The notes under the pieces were generated by a model. It worked only from the letters and a program-made list of their open reading frames with translations. It did no database searches and had not been told where the DNA came from. A stretch of DNA of 64,000 bases from Candidatus Altiarchaeota archaeon (GTDB taxonomy: Archaea; Altiarchaeota; Altiarchaeia; IMC4; SCGC-AAA252-I15), in NCBI GenBank assembly GCA_043813075.1, contig JBDRLL010000010.1, positions 32,001-96,000 of the forward strand, written 5' to 3'. Positions 8,433-17,553 of this stretch are shown here, one piece after another. Made by a program: the position numbers and the translations under genes. How positions within the stretch are numbered: the stretch's first letter is position 1; each line of letters starts with the position of its first letter.

Positions 8433-9500
8433 ATGGCACAGTCCCAGGACAACAGCGGAGGGCACCACCTATCCCGTTTCAGCGGGTTCGCTGGGACAAC
8501 ATCCGAGGATATACAGGCAGTCCCCCGGGAGGCTAGGGAGTGGGCGAAGCTGGCTTGCAGGCGTTTTGACGCATTCAACCCAGACCACGGGGGAGCCCCC
8601 ACAGTATTCGAGCTCACCGACCCCTCCGGCACCCGCCGCTTCCACATGGCCGTCAGAGACACGATACCCGAGAGGTCCACAACAAAGAACTCCAAGACCC
8701 TTGAAATCTACGAGGAACGAGACATAGGCGGGAGGCGTATGAGGGTTCTCGCAGGATTCGTCCGAGACCTCAACTTCACGTCATTCGACCCGGAGATAGA
8801 ATGCCCGACCGGACTGGTGTCAGGCAAGAACGGGTGGATAGGGGTCTACAACTACAGCGGCCACGGGGGCATCGACGAGAGCGTTGCGAGAGTCCAGTCT
8901 GCCGCAAGCTTCGGGGAGGCATTCAGCGAATACAAGTCCGGCATGAGGTATCTCGCGGACTTATGGCGTTCAGACGAGCGCGTATGGCAGGACGACCCCT
9001 CCAAACGCTTCGACCATCTAATCTACACCGGCAACCTCGTGCTCGCAGACCATCTCGAACACAACATGAAGCGGCAGTATGGAACCCAATACCCGAAGTG
9101 CCTGGAGGACGTCGTCCACGAGGGCGGCGACTACACCACCGACGGGAGGATACTGCGCAAACTCTTCGAGGGAGTCCGCCTCATACTGCCCAAAGACGGA
9201 AAATGGACCCTCTACGGCATATCACACCCGCCCACGATGGTGCAGATGCTCGGCCTAAACCACCCCCACTCACACCGCCACGGCCCAGTGCCATTCGACG
9301 AGACAGGCTACGGCTTCGTGGTCGGCGAAGCAGGCCTCGAATGGGTGCGCGGCGAACTAGAGGAGAAAGTCAAGCCAGCCCCCGGAAGCCTCATCGCAAT
9401 GCAAGTCCGCCTATCACCCGTAGTCCGGAAAGCCACAGACGAAATACCCCACGGATGGCTCGAGCCGGAGAGATTCCAGAAACTACCAGACACAAGATAA
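8433..9500 (+). CDS. Hypothetical protein
   Basis: 355-aa ORF flanked by AT-rich spacers; His-rich patch NHPHSHRHG. Confidence 0.65.
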   Translation: MAQSQDNSGGHHLSRFSGFAGTTSEDIQAVPREAREWAKLACRRFDAFNPDHGGAPTVFELTDPSGTRRFHMAVRDTIPERSTTKNSKTLEIYEERDIGGRRMRVLAGFVRDLNFTSFDPEIECPTGLVSGKNGWIGVYNYSGHGGIDESVARVQSAASFGEAFSEYKSGMRYLADLWRSDERVWQDDPSKRFDHLIYTGNLVLADHLEHNMKRQYGTQYPKCLEDVVHEGGDYTTDGRILRKLFEGVRLILPKDGKWTLYGISHPPTMVQMLGLNHPHSHRHGPVPFDETGYGFVVGEAGLEWVRGELEEKVKPAPGSLIAMQVRLSPVVRKATDEIPHGWLEPERFQKLPDTR

Positions 9501-9537
9501 AAACAATATATATTACCTCTGATTCCATTACTATACC

Positions 9538-11427
9538 ATGCGTGTTTTGCTGGTTCACAGTGATTATCTCCGTTTTGAGGCCAAGAAGAAGGCTTTGAAG
9601 ACTGCTGAGGATCTTGTGGAGAAGACGGGTTCCGTGGATGATGTGCTGGTGGTCTTCATGGCGGGTGAGAAGGCTGATGAGGTTAACCCTGATTCTGTGG
9701 TAGAGAAGCTTGTGGCCGACGTCAGGGACACGTACGGGAAGGTTAAGGCCCATTCCATCGCATTATACCCTTACGCTCATTTGTCCAGCGACCTCTGCAG
9801 CCCCCAGCTGGCCCAGGAGATGCTGGAGAAGGCTTATGAGGCATTGAAAGGCGATTATAACGTGTTAAAAGCCCCTTTCGGATGGTATAAGGGGTTTGAA
9901 ATCAAGTGTAAAGGCCATCCTCTGAGCGAGCTGTCACGGACGATTCTCCCGGATGGGGTTTCCGCGGGGACTAAGGCCTCTGTGAAGGAGGAGAAGGTCT
10001 CTGAAGCGTTATCCAGGGAGGAGAAAATCAAGAGCACCTGGCATATAATGACGCCCGACGGGGAGTTCCATACTGTCGGAGACTTCGACTACGGCGGCCA
10101 TGAGGGGCTCAGGAAATTCGCCATATACGAGGAATCCAAGTCCAGGACTGTGGACAAGGCGCCCCCCCACATAGAGTTGATGCGGCGGCTGGAGCTCGTG
10201 GACTACGAGCCAGCCAGCGACCCAGGCAACTTCAGGTACTACCCTAAAGGCCGTATGATCAAGGCCCTCCTCGAGCAGTACGTGACCGAGATGATACTCG
10301 ACTACGGTGGGGTGGAAGTCGAGACGCCGCTCATGTACGACTTCGAGCACCCCACCCTCGCAAGCTACCTGAACAGGTTTCCGGCAAGGCAGTACACTCT
10401 GGAGAGCGAGGACAAGAAGTACTTCATGCGGTTCGCAGCATGCTTCGGCCAGTTCCTCATGGCCCATGACGCGACGCTAAGCTACCGGAACCTGCCGCTC
10501 CGGCTGTACGAGCTTGCCCGCTACGCGTTCCGCAGGGAGAAGAGCGGCGAGCTCGCTGGTTTGAGGCGGTTGAGGGCATTCACGATGCCGGACGTCCATG
10601 CTCTCTGCTCCAGCCTAGAGCAGGCGATGAAGGAGTACAAGCGCAGGTTCAGGCTTTGCGTCGACACCATAGAGGGTGTTGGATTGTCGAAGGATGATGT
10701 CGAATTGGGTATCAGGGTAACTAAGGAATTCTACGACGAGCACAGGGAGTTCGTCCAATACCTGGTAAAGGAGTTTGGGAAGCCCGTGCTCGTGGAGATG
10801 TGGGACACGCGGATATTCTACTTCATACTGAAATACGAGTTCAATTTCGTCGACTCCCTCGACAAGGCGTCAGCGCTTTCCACAGACCAGATTGACGTGG
10901 AGAACGGGGAGAGATACGACATCAGATTCGTGGACGCGGACGGCTCCAGCAGGCACCCGATAATACTCCACTGCTCTCCGTCCGGAGCGATAGAGAGGAT
11001 AATATACGCCCTCCTAGAGAAAGCCAACATGGTGCAGGAGTCCGGCGGCACCCCGCAGCTGCCCGTATGGCTGGCGCCAACACAGATCAGGGTGATACCT
11101 CTTTCAGACAAGTTCCTAGACCACGCCGTGAGGGTGGCGGACCGCCTTGAGTCAATGGAAATCCGGGTTGACGTCGACGACCGGAACGAGAGCATGGGCA
11201 AGAAGATACGGGACGCTGAACGCGAGTGGATACCCCACATAATGGTCATAGGCGAGAAAGAGGCGGAGGCAGGCATGGTGTCCCTCAGGACGAGGGGCAG
11301 CAGGGACCAGAAGACGGTTAAGCCAGAGGTCGCGGCAATAGAAGTCAAGCAGCAGACCAAGGGCAAGCCCTTCAGGAAGATACCATTGTCCCGCATGATA
11401 TCTGAAAGGCCGAAATTCGTGGGTTAA
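9538..11427 (+). CDS. thrS: Threonyl-tRNA synthetase (archaeal type with N-terminal editing domain)
   Basis: YPYAHLS, PFGWYKGFEIKCKGHPLSELSR, MRFAACFG, RLRAFTMPDVH, LHCSPSGAIER. Confidence 0.97.
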   Translation: MRVLLVHSDYLRFEAKKKALKTAEDLVEKTGSVDDVLVVFMAGEKADEVNPDSVVEKLVADVRDTYGKVKAHSIALYPYAHLSSDLCSPQLAQEMLEKAYEALKGDYNVLKAPFGWYKGFEIKCKGHPLSELSRTILPDGVSAGTKASVKEEKVSEALSREEKIKSTWHIMTPDGEFHTVGDFDYGGHEGLRKFAIYEESKSRTVDKAPPHIELMRRLELVDYEPASDPGNFRYYPKGRMIKALLEQYVTEMILDYGGVEVETPLMYDFEHPTLASYLNRFPARQYTLESEDKKYFMRFAACFGQFLMAHDATLSYRNLPLRLYELARYAFRREKSGELAGLRRLRAFTMPDVHALCSSLEQAMKEYKRRFRLCVDTIEGVGLSKDDVELGIRVTKEFYDEHREFVQYLVKEFGKPVLVEMWDTRIFYFILKYEFNFVDSLDKASALSTDQIDVENGERYDIRFVDADGSSRHPIILHCSPSGAIERIIYALLEKANMVQESGGTPQLPVWLAPTQIRVIPLSDKFLDHAVRVADRLESMEIRVDVDDRNESMGKKIRDAEREWIPHIMVIGEKEAEAGMVSLRTRGSRDQKTVKPEVAAIEVKQQTKGKPFRKIPLSRMISERPKFVG

Positions 11428-11485
11428 AAAAGCCCGTGTTTCACGCGGAATATTTAAATATTATAGTGTTGAAGAATTAACCCAA

Positions 11486-12181
11486 ATGGCGAAAGACAGG
11501 AAACAAGAGGAGTCAAAGAAGGCGGCCGCGCTAGCCGCCGTAAGGGAGGTCAGGGGCAACATGAAGCTCGGCCTCGGGACCGGCTCGACAGTAAACTACT
11601 TCATAGAAGAGTTGGGGAAGAAGAAGTTCCCAGGGTCTGTCGTAGCATCATCAAAATCCACGGAACAACTCGCGAAGAAGATGGGTTTAAATCTCAAGAC
11701 ACTCGACGAGGTCGCTAAGGATGCTAGGGGGGGTGAGGAAGGCCAGACACTATTGGACCTGTATGTGGACGGGGCTGATGAAGTCGACCCGACATACAAT
11801 CTCATCAAGGGCGGTGGCGGCGCTCTGACCCGGGAGAAGGTTGTTGCGTCAGCGTCCGCGGAATTCATCTGCATTGTCGACGAGTCGAAGAAGGTTAAGA
11901 AGCTTGGGAAGTTCCCGTTGCCTGTTGAGGTCCTCCCATTCGCCAAAGCCTACGTGGAGTTCGAGCTGCGGGAGCTGGGTGCTCAGGTGAAGGAGCGCGC
12001 CAAGTTCATCACAGACAACGGTAATATAATACTTGATGTGTCAGGACTCGACTTCAGCGACCCGCTGCAGCTTGAGACCGAGTTGAACAACATACCCGGG
12101 GTCGTGGAGAACGGCATATTCTCAGTGCGCCAGCCGGAACGGGTTCTTGTCGGGAAGGACGGTAGGGCGGAGTACATGTGA
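11486..12181 (+). CDS. rpiA: Ribose-5-phosphate isomerase A
   Basis: GLGTGST, DGADEVD, IKGGGGALTREK, TDNGN. Confidence 0.97.
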   Translation: MAKDRKQEESKKAAALAAVREVRGNMKLGLGTGSTVNYFIEELGKKKFPGSVVASSKSTEQLAKKMGLNLKTLDEVAKDARGGEEGQTLLDLYVDGADEVDPTYNLIKGGGGALTREKVVASASAEFICIVDESKKVKKLGKFPLPVEVLPFAKAYVEFELRELGAQVKERAKFITDNGNIILDVSGLDFSDPLQLETELNNIPGVVENGIFSVRQPERVLVGKDGRAEYM

Positions 12182-12183
12182 AA

Positions 12184-12624
12184 ATGGCTGAAGACAAGCT
12201 ACAGGCAGACATGCAGTCCATAATGCTGCAGTTGGAGTCCGGTAAAAGGCAGCTCGAGGCGATGACCCGCCAGGGCCAGCTTATAGAGTCCGCGATAGCG
12301 GAAATCAATTCCACCATCGAGGCGTTGGATGCGATAAAGGAAACTGAGGAAGGCACCGAACTCCTGGTCTCAATCGGCTCCGGTTCTTTCATTAAGGTTT
12401 CCCTCAAGGACAATGAAAAAGTCATAGTCGGCGTCGGCGCTGGAGTGTCCCTTGAGAAGAAACTACCTGAATCATTGAAGACGCTGAACTCCAGGAAGGA
12501 CGAGCTACGGAAATCCCTCGAAAAGATAAGCAAGAGCGCGGCCGAACTTACCGGCAGGATAGAGGAGTTGAACATGGTCGCGCAGGCTGTGATCAGGGAT
12601 AGCCAGTCATCGCATAAACAGTAA
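12184..12624 (+). CDS. pfdA: Prefoldin subunit alpha
   Basis: Coiled coil - 'ELLVSIGSGSFI...VIVGVGAGVSLEK' - coiled coil; lies upstream of ftsY. Confidence 0.92.
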   Translation: MAEDKLQADMQSIMLQLESGKRQLEAMTRQGQLIESAIAEINSTIEALDAIKETEEGTELLVSIGSGSFIKVSLKDNEKVIVGVGAGVSLEKKLPESLKTLNSRKDELRKSLEKISKSAAELTGRIEELNMVAQAVIRDSQSSHKQ

Positions 12625-12626
12625 AA

Positions 12627-13583
12627 ATGTTCGGAGTTCTAAAGGACAGGATCAAGTCCTTCATCGGTGGAGTGGAGGACAAGGCTGAAAAGGAATACCG
12701 CATAACCGCTTCAACAAAAGCCAAATCACTTCTAACCGGGAAAATACGGCTTTCCCCTGGGGACATAGAAGACACTCTATGGCAGCTCAACCTGGACTTG
12801 ATTCAGAGCGACGTGGCGGTCGAGACTGCCGAACACATCACAAACACCATAAGAGACCGGCTGTTGAACTCTGAAATAGACCGCGACAGGATACACGACC
12901 ACATAACCGAGACAATACGCGGCACACTATCCTCCATATTCGACTCATGCGGCCATCTCGACGTGGTGGGGGTGATAAGGTCGTCAGAGAGGCCGTTCAA
13001 GATAATGTTCCTCGGCGTCAACGGAACCGGGAAGACCACTACGATAGCGAAAGTCGCTAAACACCTGATGAACAACAACCTGAAGGTGGTCCTCGCCGCT
13101 GGAGACACATTCAGGGCCGGTGCAATAGAGCAGCTGCAGACTCACGCTCAACGGCTGGGTGTAAAGCTCATAACCCACCAGAAGGGGTCCGACTCTGCGG
13201 CAGTCATTTACGACGCGGTCGAGCATGCGAAAGCCAAGGGCATAGACGTGGTGCTGGCGGACACCGCAGGCAGGATGCAGACAAACACGAACCTGATGGA
13301 CGAGTTGGAGAAGATAATAAGAGTCAACAAGCCTGACCTGAGGGTATTCGTCGGCGACTCGCTTACAGGCAACGACGCGGTCGAGCAGGCGCGGGAATTC
13401 AACAATTCGGTCGGCTTCGACGCGGTCATACTCACAAAGCTGGACGCAGACTCAAAGGGAGGTTCAGCCATCTCCATAGCCCATGAGACCCGGAAGCCGA
13501 TAATACTCGTCGGCATGGGCCAGGGCTACGACGACCTTGACGAATTCAACAGCGAATGGTTCATAGACAAGATACTAAAATAA
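12627..13583 (+). CDS. ftsY: SRP receptor FtsY
   Basis: GVNGTGKTTT, DTFRAGA, DTAGR, TKLDAD. Confidence 0.97.
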   Translation: MFGVLKDRIKSFIGGVEDKAEKEYRITASTKAKSLLTGKIRLSPGDIEDTLWQLNLDLIQSDVAVETAEHITNTIRDRLLNSEIDRDRIHDHITETIRGTLSSIFDSCGHLDVVGVIRSSERPFKIMFLGVNGTGKTTTIAKVAKHLMNNNLKVVLAAGDTFRAGAIEQLQTHAQRLGVKLITHQKGSDSAAVIYDAVEHAKAKGIDVVLADTAGRMQTNTNLMDELEKIIRVNKPDLRVFVGDSLTGNDAVEQAREFNNSVGFDAVILTKLDADSKGGSAISIAHETRKPIILVGMGQGYDDLDEFNSEWFIDKILK

Positions 13584-13591
13584 ACGAGAAG

Positions 13592-14254
13592 ATGAACTAC
13601 CTTAGTGTTGACGTTGAGGAAGACTTCCCCCCTCACATGGGGACGCTGAATGGTGTTGAAGGCCTCAGGAAAATAGCAGGCCTACTAGCGGAACACAATT
13701 CAGAAGCCACATTCTTCATAACCGCGGAAATACTCGATGAACTACCTGACATAGCGGACATCGTCCGCGGCCATGAGGTTGGATGCCATGGGCTACGGCA
13801 CATAGACTACTCCAGGATGCCTAAGGAAAGGTTCGAGGAAGAGACGCTCAAAGCGATAGACACACTCAACTCTCACGGCCTGGAGCCTGTCGGGTTCAGA
13901 GCCCCCTACGCCAGCATAAACGGGGGCATGCTGGAGGTGGTTGGAAGGCACTTCCGCTACGACTCATCCAAGAGATTCTACAATCCACGGCCGGCGGGCG
14001 TGAGGGAGATACCGATATACGCTGGCGGAAAGGCGTTCGGCATAAACCCAATAATATTCAACATAATCCGGTCAGCGCCCATACGCTGCAAAGTATACTT
14101 CATACACCCCTGGGAGTACGGGGGCCTTGACTTCAACAAAATCAGCTCCCGCCGAAGGGGCATGAGGCTTCTCGGGTATTCCAGTGGTAATTACGTGGAA
14201 AACCTCGCTGGCCTGCTCAAAGAGGGTTGCGTTAGTATATCCAATCTATTGTAG
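13592..14254 (+). CDS. Polysaccharide deacetylase (CE4/DUF3473-like)
   Basis: LSVDVEE, ATFF, HEVGCHGLRH, GFRAPY, YDSS, IHPWE. Confidence 0.88.
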   Translation: MNYLSVDVEEDFPPHMGTLNGVEGLRKIAGLLAEHNSEATFFITAEILDELPDIADIVRGHEVGCHGLRHIDYSRMPKERFEEETLKAIDTLNSHGLEPVGFRAPYASINGGMLEVVGRHFRYDSSKRFYNPRPAGVREIPIYAGGKAFGINPIIFNIIRSAPIRCKVYFIHPWEYGGLDFNKISSRRRGMRLLGYSSGNYVENLAGLLKEGCVSISNLL

Positions 14255-14277
14255 AATCAGTTTCTGTTCCAGCCGGA

Positions 14278-14480
14278 CCACCCCGGATTTTACTCCGGGG
14301 TGGGGGGTGGTTGGCTGAATTACCACATCCAAGTGATGTGATCAGAAAGCCACCCACAACCCTATATTGTGGGTGGTGGTGGTCTCATTCCATGGACCTC
14401 TTTCTATGTTGGAGTGATGTGTGACCATGATCCACCCCCGGCTTCTTCAGCCGGGGGTGGGGGGGTGGTTGGGGTGATGT
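14278..14480. repeat. Array of three GC-rich inverted repeats (CCACCC-N14-17-GGGTGG plus G/T tail) alternating with a GTGATGT motif
   Basis: Perfect stems 14278-14303 (10 bp), 14350-14376 (10 bp), 14432-14460 (12 bp); GTGATGT at 14333, 14414, 14474. Confidence 0.85.
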
Positions 14481-14486
14481 ATAAGC

Positions 14487-14933
14487 CTAACTCTTGAGTC
14501 TGTAGTAGACTCTCCTACCTGAATATGTCTTCTCCAGGTGCCCTTCCTTGAACAGCTTGCTCAGCCTTGCGCTAGCCGCATTGCTGCCTCGGTACTGGAA
14601 TTTTTCCTTAAGTATGTCGGCGTTGACCTTCCCTTCTCCCTTTATGAAGTCAAGTACTTCCTGGTCTCTTTCAGAGAGGTTTGCGTCCTCCAGCTCCGCC
14701 TTACTCCCCCTTATCTCCTGGACTTCACCCTCCAATTCCCTTATCTTGGAGATTATCACATCGAACTTCGCGTTTATGTCTCTAATAAGAAGGTTTGTGC
14801 TGTTTTTTTCCTGCGCAATCGAGTATAGCATAGCCCCTATGGCGACCGGGTCGCTCATCTGTTGGGTTGTGTGGGCGATATCGCCTACAAGCTCCTCAAA
14901 TTCAGCCTCATGTCCAGCCAACGAATCTTTCAT
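14487..14933 (-). CDS. Coiled-coil plus C-terminal winged-helix DNA-binding protein
   Basis: Central heptads, then 'LSERDQEVLDFIKGEGKVNADILKEKFQYRGSNAASARLSKLFKEGHLEKTYSGRRVYYRL'. Confidence 0.8.
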   Translation of the reverse strand: MKDSLAGHEAEFEELVGDIAHTTQQMSDPVAIGAMLYSIAQEKNSTNLLIRDINAKFDVIISKIRELEGEVQEIRGSKAELEDANLSERDQEVLDFIKGEGKVNADILKEKFQYRGSNAASARLSKLFKEGHLEKTYSGRRVYYRLKS

Positions 14934-14990
14934 GACTATTATGATATAGTCATGACTATTTAAAAACCTTTCGTTTTCAGTATCATGACT
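14930..14990 (-). promoter_or_regulatory. BRE/TATA promoter of the wHTH gene overlapped by a palindromic operator
   Basis: Minus strand CGAAAGG-TTTTTAAATA; perfect palindrome ATAGTCATGACTAT at 14946-14959; AGTCATGA occurs 3 times. Confidence 0.65.
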
Positions 14991-15010
14991 CTGTCTCTAG
15001 AATCAGGCCT

Positions 15011-15667
15011 TTACTCGCGTTTCCTACGTGATACCTCATCTTCCAGTGGCGTGTTTATCACATGTGAATACTCCAAATAAGAATCATCGTGATTACGGTC
15101 CTCCCACTTCTCCCAGTGCACCACATCCCCCATCTTCCGTTTAGGCGGCTTGATGTGGCTGACGGCCTCCTTTCCGATGCAGATGACCGCGATAGCATTG
15201 TACCTGTCGGTTAGCCCGAGGTACTCCTCCAGCCCGTCATTGTCGAATGCGCCTATCCACAGGGAGCCTAAACCCATGCTGTGCGTGGCTAGCAGCATGT
15301 TCTGTATCGCGGCAGCAGCATCCTGATACAGGAATTTCTTGATGCCCTTCCAGTGGGTTGTCACATCGTGGGGTGATATGTCCCCAACAGCCCTGGCCTT
15401 CTTCAAGTCACCCAATACGACTATCACGACCGGGGATTGTGCGGGCTGCTCCTGCCTCGAGTAAAAGGCTATCCTCCTCCTCTTCTCAGGATCCCTTATA
15501 ACAACATATTCAAGGGGCTGTATGTTCCTAGCCGACGGAGCCCATCTAGCCGACTCTAGGATAGCATCAATCTCATCATCGCTTACGGGATGATCTTCCA
15601 TAAACGCGCGAATGCTCCGGCGAGTCTTTATAACATCAAGGAGCCATTCCTTTTCTGTTCCACCCAC
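15011..15667 (-). CDS. Nitroreductase family protein
   Basis: IKTRRSIRAF, APSARNIQP, AAIQNMLLATHSMGLGSLWIG. Confidence 0.92.
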   Translation of the reverse strand: MGGTEKEWLLDVIKTRRSIRAFMEDHPVSDDEIDAILESARWAPSARNIQPLEYVVIRDPEKRRRIAFYSRQEQPAQSPVVIVVLGDLKKARAVGDISPHDVTTHWKGIKKFLYQDAAAAIQNMLLATHSMGLGSLWIGAFDNDGLEEYLGLTDRYNAIAVICIGKEAVSHIKPPKRKMGDVVHWEKWEDRNHDDSYLEYSHVINTPLEDEVSRRKRE

Positions 15668-15697
15668 AGAATAATTTAAGCATGTGAAATATAAAAA

Positions 15698-16273
15698 CTA
15701 AAAATTAGAAGACACGGACACGGATTTACCGACATCAACTCTGACCAGCGTCTTAACCATGAATCCTGTCTCCTCAAGCACCCTTTCCACACCATCCCCC
15801 CGTTCTATGGCGCACACCACGTCCTTGACTATAGCCCCTTTCCCGACAAGACCCTTCAAGACGGCAATGAGCGTCCCACCAGTGCTTATCACAGAGTCTA
15901 TGACGGTGACAACATCACCCTTCTCAACGTAATTCATGAAAAGACTGCCACTACCGTACCCCGTGCTCTGGTTCAAGACAGCCTCGCCCGGAAGCCAATA
16001 CTGCTTCTTGCGCACGATATTAACGGGAATACCCGTCTTCTGGGACACGACAGACGCCAAGTGTATGCCCATTGACTCGACAGTCATGATATAATCAACA
16101 TCCAATTCCGCCACACCGACTATGGCATCGCACACCTCACCCATCAAATCCGGGTCAAGACGGGGTATGCCGTCGGTTATGGGATGGATGAAATAGTTGT
16201 ACTCCCCCCTCTTTATCACCGGAGCCTGCGCGAGACTCGACTTAAGCAAATCAAGCATCCTAGGTTTAATCAA
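15698..16273 (-). CDS. hpt: Hypoxanthine/guanine phosphoribosyltransferase (archaeal type)
   Basis: YNYFIHPITDGIP, STGYGSG, VIDSVISTGGTL. Confidence 0.9.
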   Translation of the reverse strand: MIKPRMLDLLKSSLAQAPVIKRGEYNYFIHPITDGIPRLDPDLMGEVCDAIVGVAELDVDYIMTVESMGIHLASVVSQKTGIPVNIVRKKQYWLPGEAVLNQSTGYGSGSLFMNYVEKGDVVTVIDSVISTGGTLIAVLKGLVGKGAIVKDVVCAIERGDGVERVLEETGFMVKTLVRVDVGKSVSVSSNF

Positions 16274-16296
16274 TCAGCATGATCCTTTAAAACAAT

Positions 16297-17553
16297 CTAC
16301 CTGGACTTCAAGTCCTCAGCAACATCCGACGCCTTCTCCATAACCTCAACGTCCCCCTCAATAACCCCGTCAGACATTAGAACCCTGCCGTCACATATGA
16401 CCGTGTCCACGCAAGACCCGTTGGTGCTGTAGACTATGTCCGACTCCAGGTTATGATGGGGCGTCAAATCCGGCCTCCTTAAGTCCATCAATATGACGTC
16501 CGCCAGCATGCCCTCCTCAATAGCGCCAGCATTCAAGCCAAGGCTCCTAGCGCCATCAATGGTCGCCATCCGAAGCGCATCCGACGCAGGCATCGTGGTT
16601 TGACTATTGTAGTGCATCTTCTGCAGCAGGGCCGCGAACTTCATGCTCTCGAACATGTCCAGGTTATTGTTGGAAGCGCACCCGTCTGTTCCAAGCGACA
16701 CCGTGACTCCCGCATTCCTCAGGTCATCATACCTCAATGCGGAGCCAACGGCAAGCTTCATGTTGGACACCGGACAGTGTGAGACCTTAACCCCCCTCTC
16801 AGCCAGTATCCTAATCTCATTGTCGTCAAGCCAGACCGAGTGGGCGCACACGAGGTTCGGCCCCAGAAAACCAAGTCCATCAAGGTATTCTACGGGACGT
16901 TTCCCGTTCTTTTTCACGCAATCTGAAACCTCCCTCTCAGTCTCACTAAGATGGAAGTGCACCAGCATGCCATTCTCCCTAGCGTATTCCGCACACCACT
17001 TGAGGCTGTCGGCAGATACAGTATACAATGCGTGCGGTCCGAGCGTCAGGTTGACCCTGCCACCGAACTCACCCCTCAGTCTGGGTATGATCCTCTCATT
17101 CTCCCTTATCTGCTCCTCCGCCTTCCCCTCGTCAAACATGTCTATGAGGACTCCGCCCATAAAGCCCCTGATTCCTGAATCATCGACCGCCCTGCAGGCG
17201 CCCTCCATATGCCAGTACATGTCGTTAAAGCACGTCGTCCCAGACCTTATCATCTCAAGACACGCGAGCCTCGTGCCCCAGTAGACGTCATCCTCTGTAA
17301 GATTCGCCTCCAGCGGCCATATGTGCTTTTCAAGCCATTCCTGGAGGGGCAGGTCGTCCGCGTATCCCCTCATCAAAGTCATAGCCGCGTGAGTGTGTGT
17401 GTTCACAAGCCCCGGCAGCGCGCACTTTCCCCTACCATCTATAACATGCTCAGCACTCTCCTCCACCGCTCCGACTCCAGCAATCCTATCGCCTTCTATG
17501 AGTATGCTCGTCTCCCTGCCGTAAAGCATGACATCCTTCAACAGTATGCTCAC
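16297..17553 (-). CDS. mtaD: 5'-deoxyadenosine/MTA/SAH deaminase
   Basis: PGLVNTHTHAAM, GPHALYT, HFHLSET, HCPVSNMKL, LGTDGCASNN; sits between a phosphorylase and hpt. Confidence 0.85.
   Translation of the reverse strand: MSILLKDVMLYGRETSILIEGDRIAGVGAVEESAEHVIDGRGKCALPGLVNTHTHAAMTLMRGYADDLPLQEWLEKHIWPLEANLTEDDVYWGTRLACLEMIRSGTTCFNDMYWHMEGACRAVDDSGIRGFMGGVLIDMFDEGKAEEQIRENERIIPRLRGEFGGRVNLTLGPHALYTVSADSLKWCAEYARENGMLVHFHLSETEREVSDCVKKNGKRPVEYLDGLGFLGPNLVCAHSVWLDDNEIRILAERGVKVSHCPVSNMKLAVGSALRYDDLRNAGVTVSLGTDGCASNNNLDMFESMKFAALLQKMHYNSQTTMPASDALRMATIDGARSLGLNAGAIEEGMLADVILMDLRRPDLTPHHNLESDIVYSTNGSCVDTVICDGRVLMSDGVIEGDVEVMEKASDVAEDLKSR

Noticed and set aside
8801-9598. 265-aa Arg/Pro-rich alternative-frame ORF
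   Set aside because: It is an off-frame overlap of 8433..9500 and thrS, with composition typical of a spurious frame
11433-11463. Short palindromes after thrS (CCGTGTTTCACGCGG; AATATTTAAATATT)
   Set aside because: They are adequately explained as a weak terminator-like stem and the TATA region of rpiA
14278-14480. CRISPR array, SRP RNA, RNase P RNA or H/ACA guide RNA
   Set aside because: The units are not identical repeats with unique spacers. No SRP helix-8 or RNase P P4 consensus is present. ACA follows each hairpin on the minus strand, but only 9-10 nt from the stem and with no K-turn.
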